A stretch of 64,000 bases of DNA, taken from sequence record SRR20825019_2783; one strand, written 5' to 3'. Position numbers and translations under genes: made by a program. Positions 1 to 9,496 of this stretch are shown here, in pieces (the first letter of the stretch is position 1; every line of letters starts with the position of its first letter). The notes below the pieces were generated by a model. That model was given only the letters and a program-made list of their open reading frames with translations, did no database searches and had not been told where the DNA came from.

Positions 1-25
1 GGCGGAGATGAAAGATCAACAAGCC

Positions 26-682
26 CTAGGGAAATATCACCGCTGCGTCACCCTCATGCCACTGTGGATACTTGGCCATCACCGAGCGGAAAAGATCGCT
101 TTCAAGAAAGTCTGCCAGCCAGGTCTGGACTCCGGGATAAGGCGAGGTATCAAACCAGGCTTTATCGACAAAAGCGAACTGGCGGATAAACGGCAACAGG
201 GCCATATCTGCCAAAGTCCAGCTGTTTCTTAATAAACAGCCATTTTCTGTCAGTAGCTGTTCCAGCCGGGCCAGGGTTTTCTCACCTTGTTCCCGGTAAT
301 AGCGTTCATCATGCTCGGGATAGCGATCGGCGTATTTATAGCGATCCAGAAAGTACTTGAATTCACCGTCGTTATTTTCAATCAGGGCCAGCATTGTTTC
401 ATGTTGTTCCGTGCTGAGTGACTGATACCAGTTATCCGGATCATTCTGTTTCAGTGCCCAGAATGCGATGTCGATACTCTCATCAATCACCTGACCCTCA
501 ACGGTCAACAGAACCGGTACCGTTGCCTTGGACGAGAGTGCAATCAACTGCTCGGGTTTATCCTTCAGCACCACTTCACGCAATTCACTTTTCACACCAC
601 TCCTGGCAATGGCGAGTCGGGCACGCATGGCATAAGGACAACGACGGAAGCTGTATAGCGTGGGTAAGGCCTTATCTGTCAT
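26..682 (-). CDS. Glutathione S-transferase family protein
   Basis: N-terminal LYSFRRCPYAMRAR motif, KATVPVL and DESIDI GST N-domain motifs; C-terminal LADMALLPFIRQF. Confidence 0.9.
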   Translation of the reverse strand: MTDKALPTLYSFRRCPYAMRARLAIARSGVKSELREVVLKDKPEQLIALSSKATVPVLLTVEGQVIDESIDIAFWALKQNDPDNWYQSLSTEQHETMLALIENNDGEFKYFLDRYKYADRYPEHDERYYREQGEKTLARLEQLLTENGCLLRNSWTLADMALLPFIRQFAFVDKAWFDTSPYPGVQTWLADFLESDLFRSVMAKYPQWHEGDAAVIFP

Positions 683-742
683 TTAACTCATTACTAGTGC
701 TTAAAGCTGGCCAGTATAGACAAAGCAGCGGAATAACTATAA

Positions 743-758
743 ATTAGTAAATACTAAT
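743..758. promoter_or_regulatory. Perfect inverted repeat ATTAGTA-AA-TACTAAT, candidate repressor operator between divergent GST and RND genes
   Basis: 7-bp arms seen directly, 27 nt upstream of the MFP start codon. Confidence 0.5.
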
Positions 759-785
759 ATATGGTGTTAAATACAGAGACTGATA

Positions 786-1859
786 ATGAAACTCAGCCGA
801 TATCACACTTTTTTTGTGCTCTGCTTGCTGGTGAATACACCACTAAGCCTGGCCGATAATCTGCCGACGGCAGAGGTTGAATTGAAAACGCTGCCCGAGC
901 AGCACCATTTTGATGGTGTCGTGGAAGCGGTCAATCAGGCCACAGTCTCATCACGTATTGCGGCAGAAGTCATCGAGCTTAATGTTGATGTCAATGATCG
1001 GGTCGCCAAAGACGAAGTCATTCTGCGTTTCCGGGATGATGAAATCAAAACCCGGCTGATGCGCGCCGAAGCCAACTTGCTGGCTGAAAAGGCTCAGTAT
1101 CAGGAAGCGCTGGCGAGACAGAAGGAGGCCCTGTCTGAAGCCGGGCGAATTACAGATTTATTCGCCCGCAAACAGGTGACACGGGCTGCGCTGGATAAAG
1201 CCCAGGCCGATAAAGCGGCAGCTAATGCCCGTGTTAACGTCCTGGCAGCACAAATCAAAGCAAGGGAGGCCGAGGTGGCCGAAGCGCAAGTGGCCTTATC
1301 CTACACTGTGGTGCGTGCGCCCTATGCCGGTGTGGTGACTCAGCGATTGATTGAGCTCGGGGAGATGGCCAGTCCGGGACAACTTTTGATGTCGGGCGTA
1401 TCGCTTGAATTACTTCGCGTGGTGATTCAGATTCCACAACGTCTGCTTGATGATTTGCTGCCGGCCCGGATCAACAGCATCAGCACCGTTGACGGCGCAA
1501 CGCTGACAGCAGGGGAAGCGACACTGGTCCCTCAGGCGGATAAGTCCAGTCATGCTTTTGATCTCCGTATCTCACTGTTGGAGCACAGAGATAATTTATA
1601 TCCAGGCAGCAGTGTCAAAGTGACGTTGGAAGGACCCGACGAGATATTACTGTTGATCCCTGCCAATGCTGTTGTTCAACGGGGGGAGACCAGCGGTGTT
1701 TATCTGTTGAAAGATTCAGTCATTCAGTTTCGCCAGGTCCGAACCGGCCGGAGTTTGGGGGCTGAGCGTGAGATTCTGGCCGGTCTGGCGGCAGGAGAGG
1801 TCGTGGTTACCGATCCTGTACTGGCAGTTCAAGCGCTGAAAAGCAGCCAGGGACAATAA
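786..1859 (+). CDS. RND efflux periplasmic adaptor (MFP) subunit
   Basis: Signal peptide, lipoyl-like halves (VRAPYAGVV), coiled-coil hairpin; 3 nt upstream of an RND permease. Confidence 0.9.
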   Translation: MKLSRYHTFFVLCLLVNTPLSLADNLPTAEVELKTLPEQHHFDGVVEAVNQATVSSRIAAEVIELNVDVNDRVAKDEVILRFRDDEIKTRLMRAEANLLAEKAQYQEALARQKEALSEAGRITDLFARKQVTRAALDKAQADKAAANARVNVLAAQIKAREAEVAEAQVALSYTVVRAPYAGVVTQRLIELGEMASPGQLLMSGVSLELLRVVIQIPQRLLDDLLPARINSISTVDGATLTAGEATLVPQADKSSHAFDLRISLLEHRDNLYPGSSVKVTLEGPDEILLLIPANAVVQRGETSGVYLLKDSVIQFRQVRTGRSLGAEREILAGLAAGEVVVTDPVLAVQALKSSQGQ

Positions 1860-1862
1860 AAG

Positions 1863-4800
1863 ATGGGACTGTCGGGACGGATCGCTGCTTTTTTTCAGGA
1901 TAATGCGCTGACACCGCTGATCGCTTTGCTTGCCATCTTGCTCGGGTTGTTCGCCATTGTGGTGACGCCAAGAGAGGAAGAGCCGCAGATTGATGTGACC
2001 TTCGCCAATATTTTTATCGCCTATCCGGGTGCCAGTGCGGAAGAAGTCGAGCGCTTGATTGCCACGCCGGCGGAGCAGGTCATCAGTGAAATTGAGGGCC
2101 TGGATCATGTCTATTCGGTTTCAAGGCCTGGCATGGCGGTACTCACGGCGCAGTTTGAAGTAGGCGAACCCCGTACGGAAGCGATCGTGCGGCTGTATAA
2201 CAAAATCTATTCCAACAGTGACTGGCTACCGGCAAAACTGGGTGTATCGCAGCCGGTTATCAAGCCTAAGGGCATTGATGATGTGCCGATCCTGACTTTA
2301 ACGCTGTGGCGTGAAGACAGCCAGGATGCCTATCAGCTCAAACAGGTTGCCCATGCGCTGGAAGCAGAAATAAAGCGGATTGCTGGCACACGGGATATCT
2401 ACACCCTTGGTGGGCCGGACAGTGTTGTCAGCATCGAACTGGATCCGGTCCAGCTGGCAGCCTATCAAATCGATCCGGCTGCGCTCGCCGAGACGCTGGC
2501 TGCGGCCAATCAATCTGCTGAAGCCGGCCTCGTGGTACAACATAACCAGGCGGCTTCTGTTCAGGCAGGCCAGTTTATTTTCACGACACAAACCCTGCAC
2601 GACATGATTATCGGCATGCATGACAACACCCCTGTCTATCTCAGGGATGTGGCCGAGATCAAACATGGCGCCGAACAGGCGCAGCGTTATGTCTGGTTTG
2701 GCACCGGGCAGGCCGCGAAAGATAAAGGTATTGAATCAGTCGGCGAGTTCGATGCCGTCACCCTGGCGGTAGCTAAACAACCGGGACATAACGCGGCCGA
2801 TATTGCTGAAGCCGTACTCGAACAGGTCGAAGCCTTACGTGGGGTGATTGTGCCTGATGCGGTCAATATCACAGTGACCCGCAACTATGGTGACACTGCC
2901 AATGACAAGGCAGAGACACTGATACATAAACTCATCTTTGTCACTATTGCCGTCGTGGCACTGGTATTAATCGCGCTGGGCTGGCGTGAAGCCATCATCG
3001 TCGGTGTCGCAGTTGTTATCACGCTGCTGTTAATGCTGTTTGCTTCCTGGGCCTGGGGCTTCACCCTGAACCGGGTGTCGCTGTTTGCGCTGATATTCTC
3101 GATTGGCATTCTGGTCGACGACGCCATTGTCGTGGTCGAGAATATTCATCGTCATTTGCAGCAGGGCGCGCAGTCTTTGCGTGAAGCCATCCCGCTGGCC
3201 GTCGATGAGGTGGGACAGCCCACGATTCTGGCTACTTTTGCCGTGATTGCCGCATTACTGCCGATGGCTTTTGTTTCGGGACTGATGGGACCGTATATGA
3301 GTCCTATTCCGATCAATGCCAGTATCGGTATGCTGTTGTCGCTACTGGTGGCTTATATCATCACCCCCTGGATGGTGCTCAGATTACTTGCCCGCAGTCG
3401 GCAGCATTCGGACCCTGCGCCGCAGTACAGCGATAATGGCTTTTTTCAGCGCTTGCTATCCCCCTTTGTGACATCGCCTCGTGCAAAGCGCTATCGGCGT
3501 TTGCTCTGGTTTGGCCTGGTGGTATTGATCGTGCTGTCAGTGGGACTGGCCGTTGCCAGGTTGGTGGTGCTGAAAATGCTGCCGTTTGATAATAAATCAG
3601 AACTGCAACTGGTGGTGGATATGCCCGAGGGCACGCCGCTGGAAACCACGGCAGCTGCGGTCAGGGAACTGACTGCTTATCTGCAGCAGGTACCGGAAGT
3701 GACCGACTATCAGGCTTATATTGGCAGCGCCTCACCGATTAATTTCAATGGTCTGGTGCGTCAGTACTACCTGCGGGATGATTGGCATATGGCCGATGTG
3801 CAGGTGAATTTCCGTCATAAATCTCTGCGCGACCGCAGCAGCCATGAGATTGCCCTGAGCCTGCGTTCGCCGTTGCAGGCGATTGCCGCCCAATGGCAGG
3901 CCAATCTGAAACTGGTTGAAGTACCGCCCGGGCCACCGGTGCAGTCGCCTATTGTGGCCGAAATCTATGGGCTGGATTATCAATCTCAGTTAAAACGGGC
4001 CAAAGCCATTGAACAGGAGTTCAGCACGGTAGCGGGCGTGGTGGATATCGATACCAGCGTTGAAGCGCCGGCACCACGGAAAATCATTGATATCGACAGA
4101 AATAAGGCTGCGCATTACGGTTTATCGCAGCAACAAATCGTGCAGGCTATCAAACTGGCGCTGGAGGGGGAGGATGTCGGTTATTTGCATAACACGGCAG
4201 TGAAATACGCGGTACCTTTACGGCTGACGCTGCCCATCGCAGAAAAACGCAACCTTGATGCCTTGCTGAATCTTAAGCTCAGCAATCGTGATGGTGAGCT
4301 GATTAGCCTGGGCGAAGTGGTTAAGCTTATCGACACAGTCCATCAGCAGACAATTTATCATAAAGATCTGCAACCGGTGGTATTTGTAACTGCCGATATG
4401 GCAGGTAGCGTGGATAGTCCCCTATATGGCATGTTCGGAATTTATCAAGGTCTGCAGTCGCAGGACATTGAACAAAATTTATTGTCACCGCCTTCGCTGG
4501 CGATCAATGACAGCATCAAGTGGGATGGTGAATGGCAGATTACCTATGAAACCTTCCGTGATATGGGCCTGGCCTACGGTGTCGGTATTATCCTGATTTA
4601 TATTCTGATCGTGGCCCAGTTTCGGTCTTATGTCCTGCCGCTTATCATTATGGTGCCGATTCCGCTCACCTTGATCGGCGTGATGCCGGGGCATGCACTG
4701 ATGAGAGCAGAATTCACGGCGACATCGATGATTGGCATGATCGCGATGGCGGGCATTATTGTGCGTAATTCAATTCTGCTAGTGGATTTTATTCGTGAAG

Positions 4801-5033
4801 CGATGGCTGCGGGCATGCCGGCAGAAAAGGCCGTCATTCAGGCGGCATCAGTGCGAGCTAAACCGATCGCTCTGACAGCACTGGCTGCCATGCTGGGCGC
4901 GCTGTTTATTCTGGATGACCCGATATTTAACGGTCTGGCGGTGGCGCTGTTATTCGGTATTCTGGTGTCTACTGCTTTGACACTGGTCGTGGTTCCCCTG
5001 CTGTATTACAGCTATATCAGAGCCAAAACCTGA
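1863..5033 (+). CDS. RND efflux permease (AcrB/AcrD/AcrF family)
   Basis: 1056 aa; IGILVDDAIVVVENI motif, GIIVRNSILLVDF, RAKPIALT; two large periplasmic loops. Confidence 0.93.
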   Translation: MGLSGRIAAFFQDNALTPLIALLAILLGLFAIVVTPREEEPQIDVTFANIFIAYPGASAEEVERLIATPAEQVISEIEGLDHVYSVSRPGMAVLTAQFEVGEPRTEAIVRLYNKIYSNSDWLPAKLGVSQPVIKPKGIDDVPILTLTLWREDSQDAYQLKQVAHALEAEIKRIAGTRDIYTLGGPDSVVSIELDPVQLAAYQIDPAALAETLAAANQSAEAGLVVQHNQAASVQAGQFIFTTQTLHDMIIGMHDNTPVYLRDVAEIKHGAEQAQRYVWFGTGQAAKDKGIESVGEFDAVTLAVAKQPGHNAADIAEAVLEQVEALRGVIVPDAVNITVTRNYGDTANDKAETLIHKLIFVTIAVVALVLIALGWREAIIVGVAVVITLLLMLFASWAWGFTLNRVSLFALIFSIGILVDDAIVVVENIHRHLQQGAQSLREAIPLAVDEVGQPTILATFAVIAALLPMAFVSGLMGPYMSPIPINASIGMLLSLLVAYIITPWMVLRLLARSRQHSDPAPQYSDNGFFQRLLSPFVTSPRAKRYRRLLWFGLVVLIVLSVGLAVARLVVLKMLPFDNKSELQLVVDMPEGTPLETTAAAVRELTAYLQQVPEVTDYQAYIGSASPINFNGLVRQYYLRDDWHMADVQVNFRHKSLRDRSSHEIALSLRSPLQAIAAQWQANLKLVEVPPGPPVQSPIVAEIYGLDYQSQLKRAKAIEQEFSTVAGVVDIDTSVEAPAPRKIIDIDRNKAAHYGLSQQQIVQAIKLALEGEDVGYLHNTAVKYAVPLRLTLPIAEKRNLDALLNLKLSNRDGELISLGEVVKLIDTVHQQTIYHKDLQPVVFVTADMAGSVDSPLYGMFGIYQGLQSQDIEQNLLSPPSLAINDSIKWDGEWQITYETFRDMGLAYGVGIILIYILIVAQFRSYVLPLIIMVPIPLTLIGVMPGHALMRAEFTATSMIGMIAMAGIIVRNSILLVDFIREAMAAGMPAEKAVIQAASVRAKPIALTALAAMLGALFILDDPIFNGLAVALLFGILVSTALTLVVVPLLYYSYIRAKT

Positions 5034-5040
5034 ACACTGG

Positions 5041-5061
5041 AATCCGGTTAGAGGCCGGATT
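5041..5061. terminator. Hairpin between convergent RND and PilZ genes
   Basis: AATCCGG-TTAGAGG-CCGGATT; weak U-tracts. Confidence 0.4.
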
Positions 5062-5683
5062 AAAACTCGCGCAGACTCATCCCTTCACTGGATAAACCAC
5101 CGCGCAGCATTTCAGCCTGGCGGTTCAGAGTATGTTTGACCAGTTGGTTGCGATCCTGCTCATCCATGTGTGTGAATGCCATACGCAGATGATAGGGCTT
5201 GTCAGGTGGCGCAGATAAAATCTTCTCACAGGAGATGACCGTGGCCAGGGCATGGACGGTATTGGCTGTCGGCAGTAACTGAAGATGCAGTTCAACATGG
5301 CCACGGATTTCCACCGGCTCTTCCACCATAAAGGCAATGCCGCCACCGCTGAGGTTGGCTTCAGTTAAACCGTCCGGATCAATAGGATTGTGATAGCGCT
5401 GAATACTTTGCGAGACCAGATTGATTTTATCGTCGAGCATACGCAGGGCTCTGGCGATTTCACGGTCATGATGATTGATTTGATCAACCAGATGACTGAA
5501 TGCGTTTTGAATCGCCCGTAATTGCGCTTTTTCATTGCCTTCGTCATCGTCAGTCGATTGCGCGATACGACGCGCGACGTTGGCGACATTCTCTCTTTGT
5601 ATGACTCTGTAATCAACAACGACCGTGTCATTGATGCGGAAGAATTCCCGTCTATCGGAACCAGCGTATTGCATCATATTCAT
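5060..5683 (-). CDS. PilZ domain c-di-GMP-binding protein
   Basis: RREFFR (RxxxR) and NLSGGG (D/N-x-S-x-x-G) motifs separated by a coiled-coil insertion. Confidence 0.85.
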   Translation of the reverse strand: MNMMQYAGSDRREFFRINDTVVVDYRVIQRENVANVARRIAQSTDDDEGNEKAQLRAIQNAFSHLVDQINHHDREIARALRMLDDKINLVSQSIQRYHNPIDPDGLTEANLSGGGIAFMVEEPVEIRGHVELHLQLLPTANTVHALATVISCEKILSAPPDKPYHLRMAFTHMDEQDRNQLVKHTLNRQAEMLRGGLSSEGMSLREF

Positions 5684-5865
5684 CCAAATCCAACCCGTCT
5701 TGCACGGTTTTATAATAATTATCTGTTTGTTGACTCATGACGGAGTCAATATACCCTTTATATCATTTTCAGCGGGCTTTGCCAGCTTTGTTACAACAAG
5801 GACTGACATGGAAGGGGGGTGACATATTCCCTGAATAATCCAGTGCTTAACAGACTCAGCAGCGA

Positions 5866-7281
5866 TTACAAATGTTCCGATGCAAAGTCTGCCAGCCGTG
5901 AACGCTCACCACGCATCAGTGTTATATGCCCGCTGTGCTGCCAGTATTTGAAATGATCGACCACATAAGTCAGGCCGGAAGTCGTCTCACTCAAATAGGG
6001 TGTATCGATCTGCGCGATATTACCGAGACAGACAATCTTGGTGCCGGGGCCGGCACGGGTGATCAGGGTTTTCATCTGCTTGGAGGTCAGGTTCTGCGCT
6101 TCATCAATGATGATAAACCGGTTGAGAAAGGTCCGGCCGCGCATAAAGTTCAGGGAGCGGATTTTAATCCAGCGCTGCAATAAATCATTGGTCGCCTGGC
6201 GGCCCCACTCACCACCTTCGGTTTTATTGAGCACTTCCAGGTTATCCATTAAAGCCCCCATCCAGGGTGTCATTTTTTCTTCTTCGGTACCCGGCAAAAA
6301 GCCGATATCTTCACCAACCGGCACCGTGACACGGGTCATGATGATTTCGCTGTAACGTTTATGTTCAATAGTCTGGGTCAGGGCAGCAGCCAGTGTCAGC
6401 AGGGTTTTACCGGTCCCCGCCTGGCCCAGCAGCGTGACAAAATCAATATCGGGATCCATTAACAGGTTGAGGGCAAAGTTCTGTTCGCGGTTGCGGGCAG
6501 TAATACCCCAGACGGCATGGTTATCCTTGCGGTAATCATGGACCAGCTGAATATCGGCACTGTTTTCACTGACCGAGCGCACGACTGCTTCGATAGTGCT
6601 GGTTTCACCAGGTGAAAAAATCATCTGGTTGGGGTGCCAGTCCTTAACGATGTCACCTTCGACCTGATAGAAAGTCTGACCGTCGGCGGTCCACGATTCG
6701 AGCCGGTTTAAATCATCCCAGAAATCGGCAGGCAATTCGGCGGAGCCACGGTAGAGCAGATCGACATCATCCAGCACTTTATCGTTGTAATAATCTTCGG
6801 CACAGATCCCGAGCACGGTGGCTTTGATCCGAAGGTTGATATCCTTGGAAACCAGAATCACCGTGGCATCGGTGACGGTTTGCTGCAAAGCCACGGCGAC
6901 GCTGAGAATGGCATTATCCCCCTGATGACTGGGCAGTTCTTTGGGGATTTCATGCTGCATCTGCGTGGTCTGAAAAAACAGCCGGCCGCTGGCATGGTGG
7001 TTATCACCGCTATCCACACTGGGAAGAGGAATCCCCTGAGTAATGGCATCACTGTCTTCCGCCTGAAGCAGCAACTCGTCGAGGAAACGGCTGACCTGAC
7101 GGACATTACGGGAAACCTCGGATAAGCCTTTCTTGCCGCGATCAAGCTCTTCCAGCACGACCATCGGCAGGTAGATATCATGTTCGTCAAAGCGGTAGAT
7201 GGCAGTCGGATCGTGCATCAGCACATTAGTGTCCAGAATGAACAAGCGTCTGCCGGCGGCGGGTCTTTTAATCATCTGCAA
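5866..7281 (-). CDS. PhoH family protein with N-terminal PIN domain (PhoH2/YbeZ-related)
   Basis: ILDTNVLMHDP PIN motif; Walker A GQAGTGKT; GFLPG, RGRT and IIDEAQN PhoH motifs. Start is either TTG 7281 or ATG 7275. Confidence 0.92.
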   Translation of the reverse strand: MQMIKRPAAGRRLFILDTNVLMHDPTAIYRFDEHDIYLPMVVLEELDRGKKGLSEVSRNVRQVSRFLDELLLQAEDSDAITQGIPLPSVDSGDNHHASGRLFFQTTQMQHEIPKELPSHQGDNAILSVAVALQQTVTDATVILVSKDINLRIKATVLGICAEDYYNDKVLDDVDLLYRGSAELPADFWDDLNRLESWTADGQTFYQVEGDIVKDWHPNQMIFSPGETSTIEAVVRSVSENSADIQLVHDYRKDNHAVWGITARNREQNFALNLLMDPDIDFVTLLGQAGTGKTLLTLAAALTQTIEHKRYSEIIMTRVTVPVGEDIGFLPGTEEEKMTPWMGALMDNLEVLNKTEGGEWGRQATNDLLQRWIKIRSLNFMRGRTFLNRFIIIDEAQNLTSKQMKTLITRAGPGTKIVCLGNIAQIDTPYLSETTSGLTYVVDHFKYWQHSGHITLMRGERSRLADFASEHL

Positions 7282-7859
7282 GATGTCCTCTTGTTGATTA
7301 GGTGGCTCCTGGTTCGATTATGATCAAAGAATTCAAGCTTGCAAAGCGCAATCGTCTTCTACTTAAAAACGAGGATTTGACAGAGACCGGCAACGGCTTC
7401 ACAAGCGGTGAATAAGTGTTAATATGACAAATCCATCCAGTCGACAGACAAAACCCGCTGCGCCCAGCCAGTAATAATCCTCCGGTTTCAGCACCTGCTC
7501 ATCCAACTATCAATAGACAAAAGTTTTTCCTGTTAAGGCGGGCAGACTGCGTCATGCTTGTTTCCCTGATAAGACCAGCTAATACCTGACCGCTACGTCC
7601 TGATTTAGCGGGTTGGCATGGACGCCCTGTTTTGCTGTGAAAATTTTTTTCAGTGTTCATCCTTGCCACCTGCAAAAGCATAAAAAACCGGAATGAGTGC
7701 GGAAATCAGTCCTCGGGAAATGTTCCTCACTATCACTGTGAGTGCTTGTGACTAAAACGTCATCGTCATAGGGTGACCTACAAATTTTATGTTGAGCCTG
7801 AAGCAACTGATGACAAGTCCTCAGGCTGATCCCCCACTTTATGTTTTATGAGGTCGACC

Positions 7860-8303
7860 ATGGCTCTGCCGCGTTTATCAAGCGTCACTTTTCTAAGCTG
7901 TTTATTTTTCACTTTTCCGGCACTATCACAGTCGACTCAGGAATATTTAGTAGGCACCTGGTACAGCGAAAAGCAGGAAGCGGCAGAGACGATGAAATGG
8001 CTAACAAGGCGGATGGCGGATAATAGCTACGCCACACTGTTTCTGGTTTGTCATGGTGAGAACTTCTCCTGGGTGCAAAAAGAAATCGGCGTCTGGCAGT
8101 TTCAAAATGACCAATTGATGGAGACCGTCCATTCGATTGAGGATATGAACGGCAGAAAGCCAGCGCCGGATCATACAGACACTACTTATACCAATCTTAA
8201 CCACAATGGCGGCTCGCTCAGCTACGTCAAGCTTAACAGTGAAAAGTCATTTAATTTTCATCGGGTTGACGATGGTTATCAGCTCAGTTGCCAAAAACAA
8301 TGA
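7860..8303 (+). CDS. Exported hypothetical protein, possibly lipocalin-like beta-barrel
   Basis: GAGG SD before ATG 7860; signal peptide; LVGTW (GxW) motif; two Cys in the mature part. Confidence 0.65.
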   Translation: MALPRLSSVTFLSCLFFTFPALSQSTQEYLVGTWYSEKQEAAETMKWLTRRMADNSYATLFLVCHGENFSWVQKEIGVWQFQNDQLMETVHSIEDMNGRKPAPDHTDTTYTNLNHNGGSLSYVKLNSEKSFNFHRVDDGYQLSCQKQ

Positions 8304-8364
8304 GCAGCTTTCGAAGCGGTATAAGCCTGTTTGACTCGTATTGAGTCAGGCCGGCAGCCACTTT

Positions 8365-9396
8365 TTATTCTGACACGACTGCTTTTCCGACCGTGTTGGC
8401 ATCAGTGGCAAACCAGATTGCATTGGTGGCTTTATCAAACACCATGTGACGGATTGTGAGGCCACCTGAGGGTACTTCCTCTAGAGAGATGAATTGTTCA
8501 GTCTGACTATCAAAACCGACAAATCGATTAGGCTGCAGACCGGTTTCGACGTACCAGACCCTATCCTCAGCATCGACTGCCAGCGCATAAATACCTGCTG
8601 ACTCACCACCCGGGGGGGCCCACTGCTGCATAGCACCGGTGTCAGGATCATAGACGCCGAGATGCCCCATGGCATTATCACCCCACCAGATTCGGCCATC
8701 GGATGTCATGCCAATGCGACGAATCAAACTCTCTTCTGCCGGCGTTTTCATGATGTCGAGCGTCATGGTATGAGGATTGACGGTGCCGATGGCATTGTCA
8801 CCCATAAAAGCTACCCAGGGGCGATTGTCCGGCCCCACCACGAGCCCATACGGGCGCATGTTTTCTCGTGGTAAAGCAACTTTTTCGACTTTGCCGGTTT
8901 GGGTATTGAGCTTGCCGATGTAGTTCGACCACTGGGCGGTAAACCAGAGGTTGCCATCGGAAGTCCAGCCCATGGTATGCGGGTCTTTAATGCCATCCGG
9001 CATCGGGAATAAGGTCACTTCACCGGTTTGCGGATTCATTTTACCGATATGTTTGTCCTTGTTGCCGGCATACCAGGGAATGCCATCATCACTGACGACG
9101 ACGGTATGCGGACCGGCGCCGGGAATATCAAACTTTTTCATTTCTCCGGTTTCCGGGGTCAGTTTGGCGACGTAGTCACCGACCTGGCCTACAAACCAGA
9201 CAGTGCCATCAGGAGCAACATCAGGATCCCGTGGCCGGGAATCATCTCAGGGCACAGTCCATTCCCTGAACTCCAGCAGGCCGGGAAGATTATCAACTTG
9301 CTTTTCTGCCTGTGTTGCCGTTGATAAAAGCAGCAGGGATGAGGCGAGGCTGATTAAAACAAAGTGTGATGTTCGGGCAAAGGACTGAATCAACAT
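8365..9396 (-). pseudogene. Secreted Vgb (virginiamycin B lyase)-like beta-propeller, interrupted by an in-frame TGA at 9249-9247
   Basis: ORFs 9247..9477 and 8365..9141 are in the same frame; read-through gives ...EFREWTVP*DDSRPRDPDVAPDGTVWFVGQ...; repeated DGxxWF/Y blades. Confidence 0.8.
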
Positions 9397-9496
9397 AATC
9401 TGGCTCCATGACGTATTGATATACACATTGACAGGAATCAGGGTGCACTTACTGCAGAGTAATGATGGTTTTGTCACTGTGTTTGCGGAGACGCAA

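Noticed and set aside
7795-7827. CTGATGA inside a hairpin as a hammerhead ribozyme or fluoride riboswitch
   Set aside because: No stem II/GAAA core and no GGxGATGG 5' motif
9225-9249. Selenocysteine recoding of the TGA in the Vgb-like gene
   Set aside because: The context (EWTVP*) suggests Trp rather than Cys, the hairpin loop is only ~11 nt from the UGA (closer than typical bacterial SECIS), and no sel genes are in the window
9247-9249. Alternative genetic code (TGA=Trp)
   Set aside because: TGA is the normal stop of many intact genes here, such as metH, rne and the RND permease
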